In this document: positions 1 through 11,760 of the stretch, piece after piece
Position numbering within the stretch: the stretch's first letter is position 1
Layout: the number at the start of each line of letters is the position of its first letter
From: Eledone cirrhosa
Lineage: Eukaryota
NCBI GenBank assembly: GCA_964016885.1
Contig: OZ024752.1
Coordinates: 20,088,001-20,152,000 of the forward strand
DNA length: 64,000 bases
Reading direction: 5' to 3'
Notes under the pieces: generated by a model
The model's input: the letters and a program-made list of their open reading frames with translations, nothing else
What the model was told of the DNA's origin: nothing
The model's database searches: none
Translations under genes and position numbers: made by a program

Positions 1-20
1 TATTATTTATATCTGTGCAA

Positions 21-205
21 GGGCAGTGAATTGGCAGTATCGGTAGAGGGCTGGACGCCATGCTTTCTAGCATAGTTACGGCCCTTGCCATTCTGAGCTC
101 AAATCCCGCCGAGGTTAACTTTGCCTTTCATCCTTACGGGGTCGATAAAATAAAGTACCAGTAATGTACTGGGTAATTGCTGGCCTTGAGCCAAATGTAG
201 AAACA
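21..205 (+). mobile_element. tRNA-derived SINE with Meta-like central domain
   Basis: A-box-like TGGCAGTATCGG, B-box-like GAGCTCAAATCC, central GCCTTTCATCCTTACGGGGTCGATAAAA; 18-bp TSD ATTATTTATATCTGTGCA at 2-19 and 206-223; many near-identical copies in the window. Confidence 0.88.
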
Positions 206-692
206 ATTATTTATATCTGTGCATGTTTACTACAAGATACATCCTTTAATGTATGATGTTATATGTATATTTTAGTATATTGTAGGTTTTTTTTTATATA
301 TGTGTATGTATGTGTGTGTATGTACATATGTGTGTGTGTATGTGTATATATATGTGTGCATATATATATATGTGTGTATATATGTATATATATATATATA
401 TGGATGTATGTGTATGGTTATATTGTTTATATTTGTGCATGTGTATAACAGGATACATCCTTTCATGTATGACCCATGGTGTAGCTTTATATGACTTTGT
501 GTCTATATCATATTTGTGTATAGACAGATGTATGTATGTATGTATCTTTGTAGACGTGCGTGGGCCTGTAGGTAATAGGCGCATATTTGTAAGAGTGTAT
601 ATGAGCCAGTGTGTGTGTGTGTACGTGCACCCACTGTAGGGTAAGGGCTTGTTTGTGTGTGTATATAGATATATATATATATATATACATAT

Positions 693-858
693 AAAGTGGA
701 CGTGTAGGCACCATGGAAAAAAAGCACCCAGCACTCACTGTAAATGAGGTTGGTGTTAGGAAGGGCATCCAGCTGTAGAAATCAAGCCAGAATCAGTTCC
801 CGTCCCACCCTTGCAAGCAGGGAAAATCGGACGTAAAATGAAGTGATGATGATGATGA
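693..858 (+). mobile_element. 3' part of CORE-type SINE with RTE-derived tail
   Basis: Matches the 3' half of 41172-41518 and ends in (GAT)n. Confidence 0.75.
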
Positions 859-1593
859 TATATACATATATATGTGTTTGCGAGCGAGTCTGTTTTGGGG
901 CCTGTATATATGGACATGTGTGTGTATGTGCGTGTTCATGTCTATGTATATGTCTGTACGTGTTTGTGTATACGAGTAGATATACGCGTATGCATGTGTG
1001 TGTGAGTTGATGTACGTGGGCATGTAGGCAGGAGTCTGTAGACGCGTATGTCTATTGTTTTATGGGTTCTCTTTGGGTGCGTAATTATAGCGGGAGTATA
1101 TGCGTACGGATGTTGTTATTTATATGTTTGTGTGTGAGTGTGTGTATATATATATGTGTGTGTGTGAGTGCGCGCGTCGATGTGTGAACTACCAAACCCA
1201 GCAAGGATTCATTGAAGTGTGGCATGAAGGACAGCTGATGGTCAGTGTGACAGTACCTGTTGGTCAAAATTTATGATGACGTAGAAAAACAACAGCCAAT
1301 AGCAGGATGAGTCAAGAGGATGTTTTTTTACACTAACACCCCAGTGAGAGAATTTGATCCAAAGTTATTAGAAGTGTCCGACGAACCTGCAGATCCAGAA
1401 TCAGACAGATCCACACAATGATCGCGTCTTGAGCTGTCTGCCAGTGAAACAATTGTAACACACAATAAATTGAGTTCAGATGCATCACTGATTTTTCGTT
1501 TTATATTATATCACACTCTGCTCTGTAAGAACATAGAGTGCTCAATTGGCATACCACCTATGGAAGCATCATAGCTACCATCAGACACACATA

Positions 1594-1665
<72 letters not shown>

Positions 1666-1719
1666 ATTATAATAAAATAACAGGAGGCTGGACTTGTGTA
1701 AATCCTTGAAAGGTTTATT

Positions 1720-1777
1720 ATACTATGATCATTTCAATTACCGGGTTCCGTATGAATCCGGTGATATCATCAGGTAT
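1720..1777 (-). ncRNA. Minimal type I hammerhead ribozyme motif
   Basis: Minus strand reads AUAC-CUGAUGA-u[aucaccggauuc auacg gaacccgguaau]u-GAA-AUGAUCAU(palindrome)-A-GUAU, followed by AAUAAA. Confidence 0.75.
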
Positions 1778-1840
1778 TTGAAATATAATAAATGAATGTA
1801 ACAGATAAAATCCCTGTTACATTCATTTATTATATTTCGA

Positions 1841-1899
1841 ATACCTGATGATATCACTGGATTCATACGGAACCCGATCAATTGAAATGATCATAGTAT
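1841..1899 (+). ncRNA. Minimal type I hammerhead ribozyme motif
   Basis: ATAC 1841-44, CTGATGA 1845-51, helix II with some mismatches, GAA 1884-86, palindrome ATGATCAT 1887-94, A1895, GTAT 1896-99. Confidence 0.7.
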
Positions 1900-2111
1900 A
1901 ATAAACCTTTCAAGGATTTACACAAGTCCAGCCTCCTGTTATTTTATTATAATAATTAACTCCGTACTCGCACCACCAACTACACAAACGAAGATGGTTG
2001 AGCTGCTTTACGTTGAGTACTCTCCATATTATTACATCAAGATTGACCATACGGAATGACCAGCTCTATCCAGTGGTGAACCTTCAAACCTAAATATATA
2101 TATATATATAT

Positions 2112-2392
2112 TGTCAGGTCACCAGTTGGTGCTACTGGTAACATGTATCCAAGTACAACCTGTCCCATGGTCGGGTCATTGGCGACTAAACTGGCAACCT
2201 CACCAAGGTTTCTTGGTGAGGAGGGTGACTTTGGACATCCTGCAGGACTAAAAACAAAACCTGTCAAAGGGCAAAGGAGCTCTTAAGAGTCAATGGCCAT
2301 CCAAAATCACCGGGAGAGATGACCCCTTAGCCTTTGTCAAGGCAGAATTGTAGGAGAAGGAAAACTCTGATAGAACACCTGAAACCCTGATG
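2112..2392 (+). mobile_element. Probable degenerate RTE-clade LINE 5' UTR
   Basis: CTGGCAACCTCACC and GGAGAAGGAAAACTCTGA resemble RTE 5' UTR motifs (from memory); perfect hairpin CCTCACCAAG-GTTT-CTTGGTGAGG. Confidence 0.35.
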
Positions 2393-4274
2393 GTATCCAA
2401 TGATGTTGACTTGTTCTTCTTTTTGGTAAATATCATCTTGGTTAAGAGAGTGGGACTGGCTTTGTGCAGTGCCTTTGCTCACTATAAAAGCTTCACGGCA
2501 CAGGCATTGCTTTATATCTGGAGATCTCTCTGCACCTGTCATCACATGGTACCATGGGCCCAGCACTATGTGTCAATAATTGTCACATGTGTAGTATTTG
2601 TACCAGAGTTTTCAAGTCGCTGGCTGGACTAAAAAGTCACACTTGTTCAGCGCATTGGTAGGGGTTCTCCTACATGGATATAATGTAGTGGCCGTACTTG
2701 AAAACGAGTTGGCAGCCACCATATATATGTATATATATATATATGTATGTATATATGTGTGAGTGTGTGTGTGTATTAATGGTGGTGAGCAGACATTAAA
2801 AGGATGATGATGATATATATATATAAATATATCATCATCAACACCATTTTTGTTTATTTTCTATGCTAGCTGTCATGTTATGAAGCTAGACAAGTTATGT
2901 GACCAGGTCTTGCTCATACATGTTTGGCTTGGTTTTCTACGGTTGAAATGCCTTCTTAATACTCACCACTTTACAATATGAACTGGGAGCTTATTTTGTG
3001 AGAACAGCACAAGCACCTTGTAGGGTAGAGTGGGTGCTTTTTGTTGCAGCACCAGTTCTATGGGAAAGCAAGTAACATGCTATGGGAATGGCCTTGAAGA
3101 GAGTGAGTTAAACTTGGTAGTGCATTGTGGAGCTTGCCCAGCTTTCCATGGGTTGGACAGGAGAAGTCTATGAGGGATGTGACAGGAAGAACATCATCTT
3201 CATCATTAAATATCTATTTTCCATGTCCACCAGGGCCTGTAAGACTGTCACACTCTTAGACTTGGTCAGACAGGTGACTGCATCTAGTTTATGTTGCATG
3301 CTGAGCTTTCCATGTTAGTATGGGTTGGATGTGGAAGGTGGGCGAGGATGCTTCTGTCTTTGGGTGTTGGTATGAGTTGGGTTGTCTGGGGGGGTGAAGT
3401 GGGAGGTTGTCTTTATATGCTGGAAAGAGTTGGATGAGCAAGCTGTGCATGGAAGAAGTAGGTGTGGGCGGGCCAAAGTGAGGTACCTAGATAATAAGGA
3501 GATGGGGACAGGGGAGATTGGTGCAGGCAACCGTCCTCTCCATGTTTGTTTCATCCTATACATGGGCAAGGGCAGATCTTCTGCAGTATGACAGGTCACC
3601 AAAGAACTCGATCCAGTACTATCTCTTTTGGAAGGTTTAATTGTATGAGGTCAGGTTTTACTATATCAACATAAACTTAACAAAGGTCTCCGCATAGAAT
3701 TATAATGGAAGGGTTTCTCATAAATCTGAACATTTTAAAAGAAACAGGAGCTATTTCAGGAAGTTTGGTGTGAAAAGGATTAAAACAGTGGAGTTAGGTT
3801 TGAGGGAAGTTTGGCTGCTATTTCTAGAAGGTCATGTGATCATGTTGAACAGTCATGGGCAAACTGTGGCCCGTCATCTGCATGTGGCCCGTATGACTTT
3901 TTGAATGGCATGCCCACCTTATGAAGAGCCACATTGTATGTGGCTCACTTCCCCAAAAAAGTAGCTCATGCTTGACTGAAAAACTCACTGATTGGCTCAT
4001 CAAGACAGTTGTTACAGGTTATGTTGGTGCTGCCAGGGCTGGGCAGCAATTGTGTTCACTAAAGCATCTTTACTGCACGTTTAAGTGAACAACTTAATAA
4101 CAGTAACTTCATTGAGTGTTGACCTCTCATCCACAACTAATGAGACCAATGTAAAAGCACACTCGCTCACTTCTCCAACAATACAACAACTGTCATAAAG
4201 ATATTCACCTACAACTTTATATTTGTGCAACTGCTTGGTTAGATAACCTTAGCATAAACCTAATGTTGAGAGAC

Positions 4275-5664
4275 ACACCACCATCACCACCACCACCACG
4301 AACAACAACAACAACACCAACACCACCACTACCACCAACAACAACAACAACAACAACACCACCTCTACCACCAACAACAACAACATCAGCACCACCACCA
4401 ACAACATCAGCACCACCACCACCAACAACAACATCACTACCACCACCAACAACAACATCAGCACCAAAAACACCAACACCACCACTACCAACAACAACAG
4501 CACTGACATCAACAACAACAACACTAACACCATCACCAACAACACCATCACTAACAATAACAACACCACCACCATCACCATCAGCATCTCCACCACAAAC
4601 AACAACACCACCACCAACAACACCACCATCACCAACAACAGCACCACCAACAACACCATCACCACCAACAACAGCACCACCAACAACACCATCACCACCA
4701 ACAACAGCACCACCAACAACACCATCACCACCAACACCAACAACACCACCCACCATCACCACCACCAACACCACCACCATCTCCACCACCAACACCATGA
4801 CCACCAACACCACCACCATCACCATCAACATCTCCACCACAATAACACCATCATCAACACCAACAACCCCACCATCACCATCAACACCATCACCATAAAC
4901 AACACCATCACTACCATCACCACCACCATCACCAACACCACCACCACCATCAACAACATCTCCCCCACAAACAACAACAACACCATCACCACCACCATCA
5001 CCATCAACAACATCTCCACCACAAACAACACCATCACCACCACCACCATCACCAACACCACCATCACCACCACCATCACAAACACCACCACCACCAACAA
5101 TAACACCAACACCACCACCACCACCATCAACAACAACACCACCACCACCACCACCACCATCACCAACAACAACAACAACACCACCACCACCATCACCACC
5201 ACCACCACCACCATCACCACCACCACCACCACCATCACCACCACCTCCACCACCACCACCACCACCACCACCACCACCAACAATAACACCAACACCACCA
5301 CCACCACCACCACCACCATCACCACCATCACCACCACTACCACCACCACCAACAACAACAACAACACCACCACCACCACCATCACAAACATCACCACCAC
5401 CACCATCACCATCACCACCACCACCAACAACAACAATAACACCACCACCACCACAACCACCACCAACAATAACACCAACACCACCACCACCACCACCACC
5501 ATCACCACCATCACCACCACTACCACCACTACCACCACCACCAACAACAACAACAACAACAACACCACCACCACCACCATCACAAACATCACCACCACCA
5601 CTATCACCATCACCACCACCACCAACAACAACAATAACACCACCACCACCACCAACAATAACAC
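4275..5664. repeat. Degenerate (CAC/CAA/CAT)n trinucleotide tract
   Basis: Direct reading; the overlapping ORFs are low-complexity artefacts. Confidence 0.9.
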
Positions 5665-5767
5665 CTGTATCTAACCAGAATATTTGACAAAGCTAAAAGC
5701 CAGCAGAGTGTCCTGTAAGAAGATATTTCAATAACTGTTATATGTTGCTTGACATTATGGTTAGTCA

Positions 5768-5953
5768 GGGCGGTGGATTGGCAGTATCAGTAGAGGGTTG
5801 GACGCCATGCTTTCTAGCATAGTTACGTCCCTTTACAGTCTGAGTTCAAATCCCGCCGAGGTTAACTTTGCCTTTCATCCTTACGGGGGTCGATAAAATA
5901 AAGTACCAGTAATGTACTGGGTAATTGCTGGCCTTGTGCCTAAAGTAGAAACA
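5768..5953 (+). mobile_element. Meta-like tRNA SINE
   Basis: Same family as 21-205; TSD ATTATGGTTAGT at 5754-5765 and 5954-5965. Confidence 0.88.
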
Positions 5954-7326
5954 ATTATGGTTAGTAAGGTTAGGCTAGTTAAACCTTTCATCTGCCATTG
6001 TTGATAGTGATGCTTATGCAGAGATAATTGTCACTGTGGTTTTATCTAGGATCAACCTAAACTTATCAACTCTGTTGTTCATTCTAAACTACCTCAATTA
6101 CCTTATCTACTCATTTTTCTGCCAACACCTACCTACCCCACCCAACCCCTGATTGTTAACCACCCAGAAAAAAAAGAGAAACTTATAGTGTAAGTGAGAA
6201 AGAAGAGTAGGGAGCTGTACAAAATATGTCTCCTAGTGTTATTTCTCAACTACTAATTAATACTCTAGTGTAGCATTTCTCAACTGGAACCCCCTCACCC
6301 AGAATCCTAGGGTTACACCAGAAACAAGAAGCCTTCTCTATTTTGTCCTTGAGAAGACAACAATAGTTGTTAATTTGTAACTTGTGGTTCAATTATAGGA
6401 GAAAGCAGTGTAGATCAAGGATTCTGTCATCTCAGCCCAATATATTTTACCATGTATCCCCTTATGTCCATGTAAAAATATACATTAAATAAGTTAACCC
6501 TTTATCATTTAAACCAGCCATATCCGGCCAAAATTCTCTCACCACTTTCTGCTCAAACCAGCTATAACTGGCTGCTCATACTGATGTTAAGGTATTGTTC
6601 TCAAAATAAATAGTATAAAAATCTCATAGATTCAATGATTATTTGAGATAATTATGTGAGATAAAGATTTTACTATGAAAATATAATAGTTGATATAAAG
6701 TAATATAAATGCTAAAGAGATATTATTAATGGTACATAATAATTTTTATGCAGGGGTTCCCTGAGACATGAAAACTATTTGAAGGGTTCTATAAGGTTAA
6801 AAAGGTTGAGAAATGCTGCACTAGTGAAAAGGTTAGGAAAATGGGGATTCCTCCTTGGATTATTTCAAAATCAACACCTTTGTACCTTTTACTGCATAAA
6901 ATTCTATTTGCTTTTCACATTTTCTTATTAGTGCTTAAGGCTTAGTTTGGTAAAGTAGTGCCCTTAAATCCATGTTTCAAAACCTTCACAGCTTTGAATA
7001 TATCCTTACAGCATACAGGTTTTAAAAAGTCAAAACAGAAATGGCTGGTAATAGCCCTGAAGTATCATGTTGTTTTACAGTGTGGACTGGGTACTTTTTG
7101 TCGTGATACCTCCACAACCACTTTACAGTATTTCGGCCTGTCCTTATGAGAGATGTATGGGACGGTACGTGGTGTATACTATATATATATGCTTCAGCTT
7201 CAGCCTGTGCCCGTGGGAAGTCGGGTCTTCTGTAATACCACAAACATTACTTTGTTTTATTTGTCATTGTTTGCTCTTTATATATTTCTACCACACTGTG
7301 CTGCTATTTTGAAACTTATTGGTCAT

Positions 7327-7738
7327 TTATAATATATCTTGCAATGCTTCATACTAACCATACTACTTTATAATATACCATGCAATGCTTCATACTAACT
7401 ATACTACTTTATAATATATCTTGCAATGCTTCATACTAACCACACTACCTTATAATATACCATGCAATGCTTCATACTAATCATACTACTTTATAATATA
7501 TCATGCAATGCTTCATACTAATCATACTACTTTATAATATATCATGCAATGCTTAATACTAACCATACTACTTTATAATATACCATGCAATGCTTCATAC
7601 TAACTATACTACTTTATAATATATCATGCAATGCTTCATACTAACCATACTACTTTATAATATATCATGCAATGCTTCATACTAACCATACTACTTTATA
7701 ATATATCTTGCAATGCTACTACTAACCATACTACTTTA
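7327..7738. repeat. 41-bp minisatellite, ~10 copies
   Basis: Unit TTATAATATATCATGCAATGCTTCATACTAACCATACTACT; GCAATGC at 7341, 7382 and onward. Confidence 0.92.
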
Positions 7739-7996
7739 TTCTTAATCCACAACAAAAACAATTTTGAGGAAAAAAAATGAAAAGAAAGTCAGTGACACAA
7801 ACTCTCAGAATTTTCACTCCACAAACCCAGAGCTAATATTTATATTTACACATTCCAAAGACCCAACAGTGATTAAGCAATATTTATTCTCATTGAATTT
7901 TTTTTTGTTTTTTTCCGTTTGTTTTTTCCCATTTAATCCTCTACATACAAACATCACAGGGAGAAAAAAAGAAAAATCTGCAACAATATCTTAATT

Positions 7997-8480
7997 ATCA
8001 TCATCACCGTTTTACGTCCATTCTTCCACGCTATCATGGGTTAGACGGGCTGTCCTGTTATGGGCAGTGTCCGGCTGCCTGTCCTTGTCTTGCTCATACA
8101 GGAACTGATTTTGGCTTGATTTCTACAGCTGAATGCCCTTCCTAACACCAACCTCATTTACAGTGAGTGCTGGGTGCTTTTTTTCCGTGGCACCTACCCG
8201 TCCAATTTACAGTGAGTGCTGGGTGCTTTTTTTTCCATGGCACCTACACGTTCACTTTACAGTGTGGGCTGGGTGCTTTTTTGCCACGGCACCTCCACGA
8301 CCACTTTGTAGTGGAATGATAGCAACCCCAGTCCTATCATCTCATTTCTACAGCTGAGTAAACTGGAGCAATATGAAATAAAGTGTCTTGCTCAAGGAAA
8401 CAACACACCACCCAGTCCGAGAATTGAACTCACAACTTTCGATTGCAAGCCCAATGCTCCAACCGCTAAGCCATGCTCCT
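7997..8480 (-). mobile_element. CORE-type tRNA SINE with RTE tail
   Basis: Reverse complement of the 41172-41518 family: tRNA head near 8420-8480, CORE-like AAGTGTCTTGCTCAAGG, (CAT)n end. Confidence 0.8.
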
Positions 8481-8835
8481 TAATATATTTTTTTTTTAGG
8501 TTCTTCTGAAACAGCATGTTCTGAAATGTTTATGTTTCAACCCACATTCTTTTTCTTCACCATATTTATATGCTAGTAGTCTCTTCTCTTTTATACCTTT
8601 TCCATTTTGTGTGAATGACCTTTCAATCTATTCTGAAAAAAAAGGCAGTCAACCTTTGAAAACAGTTTCCAATAAATTACTTTTCGTCATTCAACCTGTT
8701 AATCAGTTTTCTCTGAATTCAACCCAAACAATGTCTATTGTTACACCCCTCTCTGCCACCCCACAGGCCATTGACATGGATAAAAAAGGAAGAAACTGTA
8801 CCAGTTATAACAATCTTTCCACCTTGTTGTCCTAG

Positions 8836-9588
8836 AACCAGCACTACCAATTTACAGAATGTACCGAGGCACCAGCAATATCAAGGCACCAGCAATACCA
8901 CATTACAGAGTGTACTGGGTGTATTTTATCTTGGCACCAGCACTACCACATTACAGACTGTACTGAAGCATTTTATCATGGCACCAGCACTACCACATTA
9001 CAGAGTGTACTGGGTGTATTTTATCATAGCACAGCACTAACACTTTACAGAGCATACTGGGGGCATGTTATCCTAGTATCAGCATTACCAATTTACAGGA
9101 TGTACTGAGGCACCAACAACCAGTAGATAAGATCCATGAGCTTGGCTGGTCTCACTTGGGGATCCAGCCAGATCAGTTGGAGATGATTGCTTGTGCAGGA
9201 CCTGCTGGAAGGAGTGTTTAAGGACTCTTCCCCCCAAACCCTCTCAAAAATAAGTGGGTGAAGAATAAGACCAGCACTACCACATTACAGAGTGTACAGG
9301 GTGTATTTTATCATGGCACCAAAACTAAATCTTTACATAACATACTGGGGGTATGTTATCTTAGTGCCAGCATTACCACATTACAGAGTGTACTGGGGGT
9401 ATTTTATCATGGCACCAAAACTAAAACTTACCATAGCATACTGGGGGTATGTTATCTTAGTACCAGCATTACCACATTACAGAGTGTACTGGGTGTATTT
9501 TATCATGGCACCAAAACTAAAACTTACCATAGCATACTGGGGGTATGTTATCTTAGTACCAGCACTACCACATTACAGAGTGTACTAG
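8836..9588. repeat. Minisatellite (~96-bp higher-order unit at 9270-9588), interrupted by a LINE-like fragment
   Basis: Recurring CCAGCATTACCACATTACAGAGTGTACTGG; 32-aa periodicity in the ORF track. Confidence 0.8.
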
Positions 9589-10089
9589 GTGCAAGTTGTG
9601 GTATAAGTGGGAGAACTGAGGTGCAAATAGCACCAACCTCCTCTTTTTTCCAGATGACATCAATATATATTTACTTAGTAACCAACTGAGAAATCAATCA
9701 ACTAATTGATTAACAGGTATAGACTATAACATTAATTAATAACTAGTTGCTTAGCAACCATCATTGGTAAAGGTGCAAGTACACGTGTGTGTGTGTGTGT
9801 GTGTGTCAGTGCATGTGATGTGTGTCCGTATCTGTGTGTGTGTGTGTGTGTCAGTGTGTGTGTATGTTTGTGTCTGAATGTTTGTGCCAATGTGTGTGAG
9901 TGTATGTATGTGTCAGTGTGTGTGTATGTGCCAGTGGGTGTATGTGTGTCAGTGTGTGTGTGTGTGTCAGTGGGTGTATGTGTGTGTAATGTGTCAGTGT
10001 ATGTATGAGTATGTGTGTCTCAGGGTGTGCATATGTATGTATGTATGTTTGTGCGTGTGTGTATGAATGTGTGTATGTGTGTATGTGTG

Positions 10090-11760
10090 TGATGGTAAGA
10101 GGGGGTTGTGGTGATGGTGGTGGTAGTGGTGATGGTAGTGGTGGTAGTGATGGTAGTGGTGATGGTAGGGGTGGTGGTGTGGTGGGTGGTGGTAGTGGTG
10201 TTAGTGGTGGTGTTAGTGGTGGTGATGGTAGTGCTGTTAGTGGTGATGGTAGTGGTGGTAGTGGTGTTAGTGGTGGTGTTAGTGGTGGTGGTAGTGGTGG
10301 TAGTGGTGTTAGTGGTGGTAGTAGTGGTGGTGGTGATGGTAGTGGTGTTAGTGGTGGTGGTAGTGGTGCTAGTGGTGGTGATAGTTGTGATGCTAGTGGT
10401 GGTGATGGTATGTGTGGTAGTGGTGTTAGTGGTGGTAGTAGTGGTGGTGATAGTTGTGGTGTTAGTGGTGGTGGTGGTAGTGGTGTTAGTGCTAGTGGTG
10501 GTGATGGTAGTGACGTTAGTTGTGGTGCTAGTGGTGGTGATGGTAGTGGTGTTAGTGGTGATGGTAGTGGTGGTGATGGTAGTGGTGGTAGTGGTGTTAG
10601 TGCTGGTGGTAGTGGTGATGGTAGTAGTGTTAGTGGTGGTGGTAGTGGTTGTGGTAGTGGTGTTAGTGGTGTTGATGGTAGTGGTGTTAGTCGTGGTGTT
10701 GGTGCTAGTCGTGTTAGTGGGTGTGGTAGTGGTGGTGATGGTAGTGGTGTTAGTGGTGGTGGTAGTGGTGGTGGTGTTAGTGGTGGTGGTGGTGATGGTA
10801 GTGGTGTTAGTGGTGGTGGTAGTGGTGGTGATGGTAGTGGTGTTAGTGGTGGTGGTGTTAGTGGTGGTGGTGATGATGGTAGTGGTGTTAGTGGTGGTGG
10901 TAGTGGTGGTGATGGTAGTGGTGTTTGTGGTGGTAGTGGTGCTAGTGGTGTTAGTGGTGGTGGTAGTGGTGGTAATGGTAGTGGTGTTAGTGGTGGTGCT
11001 AGTGGTGGTGATGGTAGTGGTGTTACTGGTGGTGGTAGTGGTGGTGATGGTAGTGGTGTTAGTATTGGTGGTAGTGGTGGTGGTGGTGCTAGTGGTGTTA
11101 GTGGTGGTGGTGGTGGTGGTGATGGTAGTGGTGTTAGTGGTGGTGGTAGTGGTGGTGCTGGTAGTGGTGTTGGTGGTGCTAGTGGTGGTGATGGTAGTGG
11201 TGTTAGTGGTGGTGGTAGTGGTGTTAGTAGTCTTAGTGGTGGTGATGGTAGTGGTGTTAGTGGTGGTGATGGTAGTGGTGTTAATGGTGGTGATGGTAGT
11301 GGTGGTGATGGTAGTGATGGTAGTGGTAGTAGTGGTAGTGATGGTGGTGGTGGTGGTGATGGTAGTGGTGTTAGATGTGGTGGTAGTGGTGGTGATGGTG
11401 CTAGTGGTGGTGTTAGTGGTGGTGGTAGTGGTGGTGATGGTAGTGGTTTTAGTCGTGGTGGTAGTGGTGGTGATGGTAATGGTGTTAGTGGTGTTAGTGG
11501 TGGTGGTAGTGGTGGTGATGGTAGTGGTGTTAGTGGTGGTGGTGGTGATGGTAGTGGTGTTAGTGGTGGTGGTAGTGGTGTCGATGGTAGTGGTGTTAGT
11601 GGTGTTAGTGGTGGTGGTAGTGGTGGTGATGCTGGTGGTGGTAGTGGTGTTAGTGGTGGTGGTAGTGGTGGTGATGCTGGTGGTGGTAGTGGTAGTGGTG
11701 GTGGTGGTAGTGGTGGTGATGGTAGTGGTGGTGCTGGTAGTGGTGTTATTGGTGGTGGTT
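10090..11760. repeat. Degenerate (GGT/AGT/GAT)n trinucleotide tract
   Basis: Direct reading; long low-complexity ORFs overlap on both strands. Confidence 0.9.

Larger units (their letters stand above)
1661..2093. mobile_element. Non-autonomous Penelope-like/retrozyme-like element in (TA)n
   Basis: ~144-bp inverted arms 1661-1804 and 1814-1958 with a 9-nt loop, a unique 3' extension, (TA)n on both flanks, and a hammerhead motif in each arm. Confidence 0.75.

Noticed and set aside
3315-3602. Possible degenerate Penelope RT/linker fragment
   Set aside because: Only a vague resemblance; no diagnostic motif can be confirmed by eye
4217-5664. Mucin/extensin-like Pro-Thr ORF and poly-Val ORFs
   Set aside because: Trinucleotide repeat open in several frames, with no splice or domain support
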